NCBI RefSeq assembly: GCF_963921235.1
Contig: NC_086097.1
Coordinates: 40,240,001-40,304,000, forward strand
DNA from: Mobula hypostoma
Taxonomy: Eukaryota
Direction: 5' to 3'
DNA: 64,000 bases
The stretch's first letter is position 1. Each line of letters starts with the position of its first letter. Shown here piece after piece: positions 23,426 through 36,461 of the stretch. Both the position numbers and the translations under genes were made by a program. Under the pieces are notes generated by a model. The model saw nothing but the letters and a program-made list of their open reading frames with translations, was not told where the DNA came from and ran no database searches.

Positions 23426-23750
23426 AAAATACGTTTGTATAACGAAGGCAATAATCACTTTTGCTATATCCGTACTAATGCATTCTTTTGGCATAATATC
23501 TTGGTCTGAAAGTGATCTAGAAAATTTATAAAGAAAATAAGAACTGAAATGACAAATTTTTGAAAACTCCATGTACAGTCAAAGCTCACAGATTAACACT
23601 ACCTAGGACAGAGGAGGAAGAGGTCTAACAGACATAACAAAATTACACAACAGTACAGATAAAGCTTCAAAGAAAATATTTTCATCAACAAAAATAAGAT
23701 TTAGCTCTCCCCTCGAGCATATGCGATTCGGGTAAGAAGTACACATCACT
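23426..23750 (+). mobile_element. R4/Dong element, second fragment
   Basis: AIITFAISVLMHSFGIISWSESDLENL*RK...RLTLPRTE/GGRGLTDI. Confidence 0.8.
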
Positions 23751-24913
23751 GTGGTTCGTCCATTGTCATCAATGAAGACTTCGATACTATTAGTCACTTT
23801 GAGACTGGATGCGATGTGTCCAAAGATGACTGGTCAGGCCAATTCGGGCGCGGAATGTCCTGGCACATGTTGGGCAGACATGTGTAGGCACTGCAGTTGT
23901 TGCGCTGGTGGCTCTGGACTTGCGCAGCTCGCGCTTATGTTGTGCTTCAGCAATGCGCCTTGGTTCGTAAGCTTGACAGCCCTTGTGGATGAGGCCGCGC
24001 CAGGTAGGGCGGTTTTGTGCCAGCATTTCCCAAGAGATCGTGTCTATGTCAAGCGACTTCAGCGAGGCCTTTAGTGTAACATTTCTTCTGCCCTCCATGC
24101 GAGCATCTTCCAGCAGAGGGTTCCCCAAAAAGGAGCTGCTGGAGTATGCGCTCGTCTGGCATGAGGATGACATGACCTGCCCACTGGGTCTGTGCTCTCA
24201 TCAGCAGTGTGTGGACTGATGGTAGACTTGCTCTAGAGAGAACTTCAGTGTCTGGTACTTTGTCTTGCCATCTGATGCCTAATATTCAGTGAAGACAAGT
24301 CATGTGGAAATGGTTGAGCTGTCTTCCATGCCTTTGATACACAGTCCACGTTTCACAGGCATACAGGAGGGTAGTGAGTACCACAGCTCTGTAGACCTTC
24401 AGTTTTGTTGCTGGACTGACTCCTCGACGTTCCCATACAGTGGAGCACAGTCTACCGAAAGTAGAACTTGCCTTCGCTATTCTGCAGTTAATTTCTGTAT
24501 CAATAGTCACTGCTCGGGAGAGAGTGCTGCCAAGGTAAGTAAACTGGTCCGCTGCCTGTAGTTTCTGTCCTTTGACTGTGATTTTCGGTTCTGTGTACAG
24601 TGCATGAGGGCCAGGCTGGTGCATGACTTCGGTCTTTTTGATGTTGCTGGTGAGTCCAAAGTTGTCACAAGCCATGGAGAATTTGTCCATATTGACTTGC
24701 ATCTCTGGCTCCGAGCCAGCATACAGGGCGCAGTCATTGGCAAAAAGGAAGTCTCTCAGAACAGTCTCCTTCACTTTGGTAATAGCTTGAAGTCTCCCCA
24801 GGTTGAAGGGCTTCCCATCCACTCTGTACTTGAGGCTAATTCCAGCATCACTGTCCTGGAAGGCATCATTCAGCATGGCAGAAAACATCATGCTGAACAG
24901 TGTGGGTGCGAGG
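23751..24913 (-). mobile_element. RTE LINE 3' half (second family, younger)
   Basis: ORFs 24286-25020 (LAPTLFSMMFS, DFLFAND, LLYACETWTVY) and 23790-24173 (CPTCARTFRARIGLTSH). Confidence 0.92.
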
Positions 24914-25170
24914 ACACTAATCTTAAAGGAAAGCACAACCCAGAAAAATGAAGAAATTATCAATATAGAAGAAAAAATTAAGCAATGGAATAGCGTGACC
25001 CTGCATGGAAGGGTCCTCATGATCTGAGCAGATTAGATGTTGACAAGGAAGTGTCAAATACCTGGTACATAGTTGGAGACTGCTTTCCAGGAACAAAGGG
25101 GTTGCTTGTAGTTTTGCAGTAAACAGGTGGTTAACAAAAAAAAATTATTAAAAATTTATAATAAAAGACC
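24914..25170 (+). mobile_element. R4/Dong element, third fragment
   Basis: NLK...EEKIKQWNSVTLHGR/PHDLSRLDVDKEVSNTWYIVGDCFPGTKGLLV. Confidence 0.78.
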
Positions 25171-25179
25171 AAAAAATTC

Positions 25180-26010
25180 AAGAGCTTTGACCAGTGGCCA
25201 ATCCAAACATTGGAAATTTTAAGGGGAGAGGACTTCAATCAGGCAGCAGAGGGTCAGTACAGTGAAAAAGTGCTTTGACCAGTGACCAATCGGTATTTGT
25301 GATTGCTTTGCAAGAGCAAGTTAAAGGAAGGCAGTCTGAGTGGACAGAGTCAGAGTGGTGATCTTGAGGCTTTGGCTCTTCGATGCTTCCGCGAAAGAAA
25401 AGCTCAAGGTTAAGTTTTTTCCCTTCCCTTCTTTATATTTGCTCAGTTAGAATAGTAGAGATGCCAGGCAGAATAGTTGAATGCTTGTCTTGCTGGTTGT
25501 GGGAAGGCAATGAAACTCTCGGTGTTCCTGATGACTACAACTCCGAGAAGTTGCATCCAGCTACAACTTCTAACAAACTGCATTAAGGAGTTGGAGCTGG
25601 AACTGGATGAACTCCGGGTCGATCAGGAAGCAGAAGGGATGATAGATAAGACATATAGAGAGGTAGCTACACCCAAGGTGCAGGACACAGGAGACTGATG
25701 ACAGTCAAGAAGGGGAAAGAGGTTAGGAGCCCAGTGCAGAGTATCCCTGCGGCCACCCCCCTCAACAACAGGTATATCACTTTGGATACTGTTGGGGGAT
25801 GACCTAACAGAAGAAAGTTATACAGGTTGAGTCTCTGATATTGAGTCTGCCTCTGAGATTCAGAAGGGAAGGGAGAGAAAAGGCACCCTGTGGTGATAGG
25901 GGTTGCATTAGTTAAAAGAATGGACAGGAGGTTCTGTGTGTGAGAACAAGAATGCTTCCCAGGTGCCAGAGTCTGGGATATTTTGGATCGAGTCCTTAGC
26001 ATTCTTAAGT
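25180..26010 (+). mobile_element. CR1 5' UTR and ORF1 (zinc finger/leucine zipper, esterase start)
   Basis: MPGRIVECLSCWLWE; IKELELELDELR; VVIG...CFPGARVWDI. Confidence 0.85.
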
Positions 26011-26011
26011 G

Positions 26012-27530
26012 ATCATGCTTTTTCCTGATCTTCTTGCTGATCTCTCTGTACGCTACAGCTCCTGTTGTTGTGTTCTTAGTTTTCTTCAGGTCTCTTCCGG
26101 TGTCACAGATTTCCAGGACCTCCTCTGTCACTCAGGGTTGGGTTTTCTGGTGGTGTTTTCCATGTATCTCATTGACTGTTTCTGTAATCACTTTAATGAA
26201 TTTAGCTGCCAATGCTTCAGTATCTCTAGCAAGCATCAGCATTGGTGCAAATGTTCCACCTACTGTAGATTTGAAGGATCTGGCGATGGAGAAGTCCTTC
26301 AGTCTGTCCAAGTTGAATTTCATTCTGATGTTCTTGGGCTTCTTGACTTCCTTCAGGCTGATTCTAAAGTTCATTATCACCAGTCTACCTACGATGTATT
26401 CCATAGGGCGCATGTCAGGCCCAGCATCATGACGCCTTATGCTCTCCAAGGGTGTTCGCAAGCACCATGATGTTGTAGCTGGTGAACTTGAGTAGGTGTA
26501 ATCCTCGCTCATTGGTTATGGCATTATAGAAGAGGCCACAAAATTCCTTCCAGACTTTCCTCTAGTCTACACCCATTTTGGCATTCCAGACCACCCCCGC
26601 CCCCGGATAAATAGAATGTCTTTTTTGTCCACCTTGTCAATAATGCCCTGGAGTTGGGTGTAGAATTCCTCCACTTGATCATCCCCATAGTCAGTTTTTG
26701 GTGCGTAGGCCTGTATTACTGTGATGTGGGAAGGCACTGCTCTAAGATGGGGAGATAAGCCTGCTGAATACTAGGTGCTACCCAAGTACTGAGTTCTTGA
26801 TGCTCTTGTTGACAAGAAATCCTATACCATTGGCATGTTTGTTAAGTTCTCCACTGTAGTAGAGTATATGGCCTTCCTCAGTTCACCGAGGTTTTCCCAC
26901 CTGTCTCTAGAGTCCCACAATGCGCCAGGTACACATCTCTAGCTCATAAGCGAGCTCCTGCAGTTTCCCTGCTTGAGCAAGTCTTCTCATGTTCCCTGTG
27001 GCTAATGAGATGTAATCTCTCCCATGGACATTTTGTGGTGAGGTTACACCAGTAGCATACTTAACACCTCTGCCCTGGTGTGCAACAGACGCTGTGGTCC
27101 TTGGTGACCCATGCGGTGACCGAGTCAGTATAGGGTCTGTTGCTATGTCCATCACATCACATGTCTTGGGCTGGTGAGGCCTGGTGGCGCCCATCCCTCT
27201 CCAGGCCAGACCACAGCGAATATCCTACAACTCGGTAGCTCGCCCTGGTCTTGAACATGCGGCCGTGGTAGTTCTTTGGGAATCTTATCCACCCTGACTG
27301 GTGACTTTGTTGGTGAGCTCCTTCATCCAGTGGTGCCGTGCTAAAGCACCCCCTCACATTGCTTAGCCCACCAGCTGAAGCGGTGTACCAGGAACGTGCC
27401 ACTTGGAGGCAGATGCGAGAGATGTAGGAAATGGATGAGGACCAGTGATGTCCGTCCACCCTACTCGGTAGAGTACAGCTGCCAGGCATCAAAGGTACCA
27501 CATCTATCCAGAGACCCCTACAGCACAAGG
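26012..27530 (-). mobile_element. RTE-type LINE 5' half (5' UTR and AP endonuclease)
   Basis: NMRRLAQAGKLQELAYELE...IVGL; ITVIQAYAP; EEFYTQLQ. Confidence 0.85.
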
Positions 27531-28825
27531 CACATGATGCAGTAGGCCAAAGTCAGCAGGGTTTCCTTAAAGGTAAATCTTGCCTGACAAACCTGTTGGA
27601 ATTCTTTGAGGAAATAACAAGCAGGATAGAAAGAGGAGAACTGGTTGTGTGGATTTTCAGAAGGCCTTTGATAAGGTGCCACACATGAGGCTGCTCAGCA
27701 AGCTTGAAACCCATGGTGTTGCAGGAAAGAAACCAGCATGGACAGAGCATTGGGTGGCTGGCAGGAAACAGGGAGCAGAAATAAGGGAGTCTTTCCTGGT
27801 TGGCTTTTGCGAGTGGTGTCCTTCTGTTAAGGGGTTGGCGTTAGGACTGCCTTTTTTTTTACATTGTATGTCAATGGTTTGGATGACAGAATTGATGGCT
27901 TTGTGGCTAAAGTTGCAGATGATACAAAGATAGGAGGAGGGGTAGGTAGTGTTGAGGAAGCAGGGCAACTGCAAAAGGACTTAGAAAGATTAGGAGGATG
28001 GATAAAGTAGTAGCAGATGGAATATAGATTCAGGAAGTGTATGGTCATGCACTTTGGTAGAAAGAATAAAAGTGTAGACTATTTTCTAAACGGAGAGAAA
28101 ATTCAAAAAACAGAGATACAAAGGGTCCTCATGCAGGATTCCCTAAAAGTTAGCTTGCAGGTTGAGTTAGTGGTGAGGATGGTAAATGCAATGTTAGCAT
28201 TAATTTCGAGAGGTCTAGAATATAAAAACAAAGATGTAATAAGACTCTTTAAGGCACTGGTGAGATCTCCCTTTTAGTATTGTGAGCAGTTTTGGGCCCC
28301 TTAACTAAGAAAGGAGTGCTGACTTTGGGGTGAATTCACGAATATAATTCTGGGAATAAAAAGCTTATCATATGAGGAGCGTTTGGTGGATCCGGGCCTG
28401 TACTCACTAGAATTTAGAAAAATAGTGGGGGGTATCATTGAAACCTATCGAATGTTGAAAGGCCTGGATGGAGTGGATGTGTAGGAGATGTTTCCTATAG
28501 AAAGGGGAGTCTAGGACCAGAGGGCACCACCTCAGAATAGAGGGACGTCCATTTAGAATGGAGATGAGGAAAAACTTCTTCAGCCAGATGGTGGAGAATC
28601 TGTGGAATTCGTTTCCGGGGGCAGCTGTGGAGGCCAGGTCATTGGGTGTATCTAAGACAGAGGTTAATAGATTCTTGATAAGTCAGGGCGTGAGATATTA
28701 TGGGGAGAGGCAAGAGAATGGGTTTGAGAGGAAAATGGAACAGCCATGATTAAATGGTGGAGTAGACTAAATGGGTCAAATGGTCTAATTCTGCTCCTAT
28801 GTCTTAAGGTCTTATAGTCTTATAG
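27530..28825 (+). mobile_element. CR1 RT and 3' end
   Basis: DFQKAFDKVPH; FFSQMVENLWNS; (gtctta..)n tail at about 28800-28825. Confidence 0.92.
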
Positions 28826-29104
28826 TAAAATTGAAAGTTTACTTTTTAAAATACCAAGTAGTGTACAGTGACTGTTAGTCAGAGAAAATCCTGATGTACC
28901 CATAAAAACTGATATTTGGAACTTCACCGTTATCTACAATAGGTAAAGTTAGCTAATGACATTTAGACTTAGCGTTACATAGTGAGTGCTGAGAATAAAG
29001 AAGATAATGTTTATTATTTATTCGGGTGTACGTAGCACAATTTTGGAAGGTTTCGCAATAGTAAGGACACTGTGTTTCAAGGATAAAGGGATATAAATAA
29101 ATCC

Positions 29105-29670
29105 GTGACACAAGAAATTCAACACACACAAAGTGCTGGAGGAACTCAGCAGGTTAGGCAACATTCTAGGAAACGAACGCATAGTCAATGTTTTGAGCCG
29201 AGACCTTTCTTCAGGGCTGGAAAGGAAGGGGGAAGATGCCAGAATAAAAAGGTGAGGGGGGTGGGGAGGATGATAGCTAGAAGGTGATAGGTGAAGCTAG
29301 GAGGCTGGAGATGAAGAAATCTGCTAGGAGAGGAGAGTGCAGCACAGGGGAATGCCAAGGAGGGGAACCAGGAGAGGTGATAGGCACATGAGAAGAGGTA
29401 AGAGGCCTGAGTGGGGAATAGAAGAAGAGGGAAGGGGGAGGGAATTTTTCTTATTAGAAGGAGAAACTGATATTTATGCTATCCGGTTGGAAGCTACCCA
29501 AATAGAATATAAGACGTTGCTCCTGTGGGTCGCCTTTTCGAGGCACAAGAGGAGGACATGTGCTGACCTGTCGAATGGGAATGAGATTTGGAATTAATGT
29601 GTTTGGCCATCGGGAAATTCCACTTTTAATGCATGGGGTGGAGGTGCACAACGAGCTGGTGCCCCATAGA
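29105..29670 (-). mobile_element. Penelope-like 3' fragment
   Basis: EQRLIFYLGSFQPDSINISF; terminal aaagtgctggaggaactcagcagg motif. Confidence 0.85.
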
Positions 29671-30185
29671 TAAATAAATTCATTGAGTGGAGTGTCTGTG
29701 TACTGTATGATGTGTCATAGCATCCACCAACCTTTCCATATCTGTGGAATGACATACAATTTAACTGCAAGTAAGGAGCACCTCTTTTTCAGAAGGTTGG
29801 AGAAATATAATTTCTCATTAAAAAGGTATCATTTTGCAATGTACGATAAAGAAAGGTTGCACATTAATACTGATTAGAACCATTAAGTTCACCAGTACTT
29901 CTGCAGAAAATTGCGAGCAAATTCTTGGACAGACAGGGGCCATAAAAGATAGGAGCAGAATTAGGCCGTTCGTTTCCATGGTCATCAGAGCCATGGATTG
30001 AGTCTGGGATTTATGCAGCACACACAGGAAGCTTCCAAAGCACTTTAGGATTGGAAGACGTTGAGGCAAAGCATTCTTGTGGAAGCAGCCATGACATACA
30101 AAACAACATTCTTCACTTTCTGCATTCGAAACTGCACCGAGAGGTGAAGTTACATCTTTGAAAAGGCAGAAACCATTTCAAACAC

Positions 30186-30204
30186 CTCTCTCTCTCTCTC
30201 TCTC
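30186..30204 (+). repeat. (CT)n microsatellite
   Basis: ctctctctctctctctctc. Confidence 0.9.
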
Positions 30205-31079
30205 CAGACTGCTCAGTAACATCACTGTGTATGTAAGTTTGCTTACAACTCTACAACATGATTAAAGTTCTTGCTCATAGGGCCCAAGAAAACATTTTGT
30301 TACACAGAAAGAATTTCTAAACAATGAATAAACATGAAGTATTTTGTTTGTCATCATTGTCTATAATACTGCTTTTTTGTGTTACACTTCTACAGATAGC
30401 TTTATTAGTTCATGCCAAAAGGTGTTAACATTAAATTGAATTCAGACTAAAACAGGTTTTACCTCATAATTTAAATGTATGCTCTGATTTTGTTACAGGA
30501 AAGAGTTGAAAGTCATTTCAGTGCTCTCAGACATGGAATGGTACCTTCTTTATCAAACAAAATGAATATCCTCAATCTGCTCATTGCTTCAGGAGGAATA
30601 TGATATAAAAGTACAAATCTAATAAAAGAGAAGTTAAAGATATAACACAAATACATGATGGAATGCTTTCATTTAACAGGTTTTAATTTATTCCTGGGAA
30701 TGCTGATATCAGTAGGAAGACCAACATTTATAATGTATTATTCCTGCAACTGAAAAGCCAATTACAAAAACAAAACACATTAGCCAAAGATACATACAGG
30801 CCAGACCAGATAAATTCAGCAATTATTATTTCCATGGACATTAAAGGACTTTAATAACAGTCCTACTGTTTCATGGTCATTTTATTTCTAACTATTTTTC
30901 TTTTCAAATCAAGTTCAAATGACCATCATAGGGTCTAAACATAAGACCACTGGTTTATTACTAATATAATTTTCACAGTCTATGTGCTAAAGCAGATTCA
31001 CCAAAACACTTAAGAAGTGAATGTGCAAAATTAAGTTTATAATATTACATTGATGTAGATTGAAAATTCGTTGACAGAT

Positions 31080-31313
31080 TTTTTTTTAAGCGTGTCATAC
31101 CAGACATTCAGCCATTCTTGTCTGGCACGTGGTGTCAGGATTAACCAGGTCACGTTATGAATGATCCTGACTCGATCCTTGTATTTTTTTTAATGAGGCC
31201 GAGTGGCTAGCATGACACTCAACCAAGCATGGATGGAAAGCGTGCTCGGGGGTGGCCCGATCTGGATTCGAACTCAGGAGCATTCAGTCGGGAGTCCGGC
31301 ACTGATCTCATGG
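31080..31313 (-). mobile_element. tRNA-derived SINE
   Basis: Minus strand carries a GAGTTCGAATCC B-box (31264-31275) and A-rich runs at about 31190 and 31085. Confidence 0.7.
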
Positions 31314-31869
31314 TCAGTGATTTCTAGGTGATTTAGCCAACAGCAAAGGTCAGATTGTGGGGCTGAAGGAATGAGGAGGATTATACATTGCTGCCCGAAC
31401 TTCTTTTCCAACTTTAATTTAAGTATTCATATGTCAGGGTCCACTTAAGGAACAGGCCTGATCAAGCCTTTAGCTCTTACAGTTTAAAATCAAACCAGCA
31501 AAGCGTTTGGTAATAAATTTCTAAAGAGCTGGTGAGTTAAAGCTGCCAAATCCTGCACTGCTCTACTGGAGGACAAACTTTTCAGGAATGCCATGCACAG
31601 TGCCTGAGGGAGGGGGGTAGGGCTGCTGAAAGAATCAAATCCATCTTCAAATTCCATAAAACTCACTTGTAAACAACAGAGGACCTACCTGAAGCCACTG
31701 TATAAGTGATGGGATCTCAAGATGTCCTATAGCAAGTAGATATGACAATGGATATGAAATATGCCACAAGCTATTTGCTTGTAACTATATTACAGGAAAT
31801 TTATAGGCCTATGCAACACAGATAAACTGACAGCATTATTTCAGTGACTACCATGCATTATTCATTTAT

Positions 31870-32112
31870 CGTGTAGTTTAGGTTTCTCGATGCTAAAGTA
31901 ATTTGACAGGGGTATGGGAACTGGAGTGATACGACTGAGGATGGGACAGATGGTTTACAAACAGGCACTGTGTAGTGAAAATGCTCGCAAGTGCAGGCTG
32001 ATGTTAGGGTAAAATTGCAGTCAGCAGGATGAGTTGCAATGTACAAGGGCAACAAAATTGAAAAGGGTGATGAAGTGATCAATACAGGATTGAAGGTGTT
32101 ATATTTAAATGA
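31870..32112 (+). mobile_element. CR1 ORF1 end / ORF2 start (host of the nested stack to 38960)
   Basis: GLKVLYLN endonuclease start at about 32088-32111; the element resumes at about 34390. Confidence 0.7.
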
Positions 32113-34388
32113 ATAAATTGACTTTATTTCTTATATCCTTCACAGACATGAGGAGTAAAAATCTTTGTTACTTCTCCATCTAAATGTGTAATGTGCAATC
32201 ATAGTAATTTATAATAAATAGAACAGTCAATGTAATATAGAGTACACTCAAATCAGCATGAGTTAATCAGTCTGATGGCCTGGTGGAAGAAGCTGTCCCA
32301 GAGCCTGCTGGTCCTGGCTTCCATACTGCAGTACTGCTTCCCGGATGGTAGCAGCTGGAATAGATTGTGGTTGGGGTGACTCAAATGCCCAGTGATCCTA
32401 TGGGCCCTTTTCACACACCTGTCCTTGTAAATGTCTTGAATCATGGGAATTTCACAACTACAGATGTGCTGGGCTGTCCACACCACTCTCTGCAGAGTCC
32501 TGCAATTAAGGGAGATACAGTTCTCATACCAGGCAGTGATGCAGCCAGTCAAGATGCTCTCAATTGTGTCCCTGTAGAAAGTTCTTGGGATTTGGGGGCC
32601 CATACCAAACTTCCTCAGTTGTCTGAGGTGAAAGAGGCACTATTGTGCCTTTTTCACCACATAGCTGATGTGTACAAATCACGTGAGGTCCTCAGTGATG
32701 TGGATGTCAAGGAGCTTAAAGCTGTTTACCCTCTCAGCTGCAGATCCATTGACATCAATGGAGGTCAGCCTGTCTCCATCCCTCCAGTAATCCATTACCA
32801 GCTCTTTTGTTTTTGCAAAATTGAGGAAGAGGTTGTTTTCTTGACACCACTGTGTCAGTCCCTGTAGGCCACCTCATTATTGTTTGAGATAAGGCCAATC
32901 AATATAGTGTCGTCAGCAAATTTAAGTAGCAGATTGGAACTGTGGGTGGTGATACAGTCATGGGTATACAGGGAGTAAAGGAGGGGACTCAGTACTGTAT
33001 TGAGAGTCAGAGGGTTGGAGGTGAGGGAGCCCACTCTTACAACCTGCTGGCGATCTGACAGGAATTCCAGGATCCGGCAGCACAAGGCAGGGTCAAGGCC
33101 GAGGTCTCTGAGCTTCTTGTCGAGCCTGGATGGAACAATGGCGTTGAATGCTGAGATGTAGTCCAAGAACAGAACTCTCATATAAGCCTCCTCCTTCTCC
33201 AGATGTGTAAGGACAGTATGTAGAGCAGTGGCTATTGCATCATCTGTCGATCGGCTGTGTCAGTAGGCAAATTGTAGGAGGTCCAGTTTGGGTGGTAGCA
33301 AGCTGCAGATGTAAGCCCTAACCAGCTTCTCAAAGCATTTGCTTATTGAGGTGAGTGCGACAGGACGGCAGTCGTTCAGGCATGTTACCTTGGTCTTTTT
33401 TGGTACAGGGACAATGGTGGATAATTTGAAGCAGGAAGGCACACTACACTGGGAGAGGGAGAGATTAAAAATGTCAGTAAACACACCTGCCAGTTGTGCT
33501 GCACATCCTGAGTACTCGCCCTGAGATGCCATCCGGTCCCACAGCCTTGCGACTGTCCACTCGTTGGAAACATCTGCGTACCTCAGCCTCAGAGATGGCC
33601 AGGTTGCAGGCTGTAGCGGTGGCTTTCCTCAGAGGCTCAGAGTTAGCGACATCAAACCAAGCATAAAAGCAATTGAGCTCAACTGCAAGAGAGGCTGTGA
33701 ATGTTGGCGGCACAACATTTGGCTTTGAAGTCTGTGATGATATGCAGGCCTCCTCAAATCATGTATGTTGTCTGTTGTGGATCTTGACTCAATCTTGTCC
33801 GTATATTGTTGCTTTGCAGCCTTGATAGCTTTGCTCAGATCATAGCTGCTTTTCTTGAGCTCCAGCTGATTGCCAGCAATGTAAGTTCTATGTCATGTGG
33901 TAAGTGCTGCTTGCATGGAACTATACTTCCAGGGTTTCTGGCTCAGGAAGACCCTGACAGACTTCTGCAGGACAACATCATCGATGAACTTCTGGATGAA
34001 GCACGTGACTCCATTAGTGAACTTGGAGACATCCTGATCATGGAAGGCATTTCAGTGGACGTTATCAAAGCAGTCCTGCAGCATGGAGGCTGATTGGTCG
34101 GACCAACAGTGGATGGTGTTAACTATGGCCGCCTCTTGTTTCAGCTTCTGCCTGTACGTCCGCAAAAGCAGTATCGAAGAGACCTGATTTTCCAAAAGCT
34201 GGCCGAAGGAGAGCTTTGTAAGTGTTGTGGAAGGGAGTGAAGCAGTGGTCAAGTGTGTTATCTCCACGAGTGCTCACCTGGATGTGCTGACAAAACTTGA
34301 GGCTTTCGTCAGCAAAGCTCATTTAAAGTCACTGATGATGATGAAGGCAACCTCTGGGTGTGCAGTCTCCAGCGTGTTGATGGTTCAT
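32113..34388 (-). mobile_element. Rex1/Babar non-LTR retrotransposon
   Basis: [51 protein letters not shown]. Confidence 0.93.
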
Positions 34389-34407
34389 CATCATCCAAGG
34401 ATACACA

Positions 34408-35099
34408 TGTAGCCCCCTTGGCCAGCCTCAGGGTTGCTCAGCTCACTGTTATCTAGGGAAACAGCCCTTGGCTCCACCAAACTGGGTAATTAGTTTGTGT
34501 GGATGCTGTGTGATGTACTCCACCCCACCAAAATAACAGACAATACACCAGATACAATTAAATGAATTACAGTTTATAGATATTACTGGAACTATATCAT
34601 TAATAGAGATAAAGTATAAAAAGGAAAATAAAAGGCACCACACTTATCAAAGTTCAATCTCTTGGTGCACAAACAGTTGGAGCTCAGGACCCTCTTTCAC
34701 CCTGCGACCCCCTCGGGCCACCTTGACCTGCCGCCTGGGACCAACAACGGTGGTCAACCAGACGCTCCACAGGAGTCCGTCTCCTCACCGAACACCCTGG
34801 ACCTCGAACTCCTGCTTGGGGTCCGACCCCGTTAGGAGACTCACAGCACCTGGTCCATCCTCTGTCTCTCTCTCTCTCCCGCCTTCTGCCCAAAAACCCG
34901 CGCATACAATATCTTACAGACACACAAAGCATAACAACTATCCCAATTGGTTTATTCATCCTCTTATCAATAGATAATCCAAAACAAACTACTAGCGGGA
35001 GGACTTTCTCAGCAGTTAACATAAAGAAGCCCTTTCAATTATAACATAACAGAGAAGCCATTTTAATTAGACTACACAGTGACAAAAAAAACCCTTTCA
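34408..35099. mobile_element. Solo LTR (692 bp) with 4-bp TSD CACA
   Basis: TG...CA termini; caca at 34404-34407 and 35100-35103; removing it restores the CR1 sequence ggatacaca-ttatatcaaaaggacagg. Confidence 0.85.
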
Positions 35100-36461
35100 C
35101 ACATTATATCAAAAGGACAGGCAGGTAGGCAGAGGGTGGCGTGGCTCTGCTGGTTACAAAAAATGAAATACAAATTACAAAAGGAGGTAGAAAATGCATA
35201 TTAAAAGGGCAATGTTATGATCGTCATGTGGGATTTCGATACACTGGTAGATTGGGAAAATCAGGTTGGTGATGGATCCTAAGAGGAGGAATATCTAAGA
35301 TGGCTTTTAGAGCAGTTTGTAGTTGAGCCCACTAGGGGATCAGCTATTATGGAATGGGTGTTGTGCAATGAACCAGAATTCATTAGTGAGCTTAAGGTAA
35401 AGGATCCCTTTGGAGCAGTGATCATAACATGATAGAATTCACCCTGCAATATGCATAGGGAAAGCTAAAGTCAAATGTATCAGTGGAGTAAAGGGAATTA
35501 CAGAGGCATGAGAGAGAAGCTCGCCTAAATTGATTGGAAGGGGATATTAGCAGGGATGGTGGCAGAGCAGTAATAACTCGAATTTCTGGGAGCAGTTTGG
35601 AAGGTGCCAGATAGATAAATCCCAAAGTTGAAGTATTCTAAAGGCAGGATAACACAACCATGGCTAAGTCAAAGTCAAAGGGAAGTCAAAGTCAACATAA
35701 AAGCCATAGTGAGGGAATATATTAGACAAAAAAAAATTAGTGGGAAGTTAGAGGATTGGGAAGGCTTTAAAAACCAACCAAAGGCAACTAAAAAAGTAAT
35801 TGAGGGAAAAGGTATAATGTGAAGGTAAGCTAGCCAATAACAGTAAAAGAGAGGTGAGAGTCTATATCTGACAGCTGGAAAATCACACTGAAGAGGTGTG
35901 AATGGGGGACAAAGAAATGGTGGAAGAACTGAAGTATTTGCATCCCAGTCTTCACTGTGGAAGACAAACAGTATGTCAGAAGTTCGAGGGTGTCAGGGGG
36001 CAGAATTGAGTGAAGTTGCCATTACTAAGGAGAAGATTCTTGGGAAAATGAAAACTCTGAAGGTAGATAAGTCACCTGCACCAGATGGTCTACATGTCAG
36101 GTTTCTGAAAGAGGTGGCTGAAGAGATTGTGGAGGCATTTGTAATGACCTTTCAAGAATCAATAGATTCTGGCATGTTTCTGGAGGACTGAAAAATTGCA
36201 AATGTCACTCCACTATTCATGAAGGGAGATAGGCAGAAGAAAGGAAATTATAGGCCAGTTAGTCATACCTCTGGTTGGTAAAATGTTGGAGTCGATTGTT
36301 AAGGATGTGGTTTCAGGATACCTGGAGACGTGATAAAGTAGGCCAAAGTCAGTATGGTTTCCTTAAGGGAAAATCTCACCAAACCAATCTGTTGGAATTA
36401 TTTGAAGAAATAACAAGGATAGACAAAGGAGAATCAGTGGATGTTGTGTACTTGGATTTTT
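35100..36461 (+). mobile_element. Older CR1 ORF2 (endonuclease to RT)
   Basis: GRGGGVAL-like motif, KSPAPDGLH, NYRPVS, QYGFLKGKS. Confidence 0.9.

Noticed and set aside
30205..30545. Possible micro-exons at 30208-30232 and 30499-30540
   Set aside because: Splice-like motifs only, with no recognisable peptide or gene context.
31255..31313. tRNA gene
   Set aside because: B-box only, no complete cloverleaf, and followed by a SINE body and A-rich tail.
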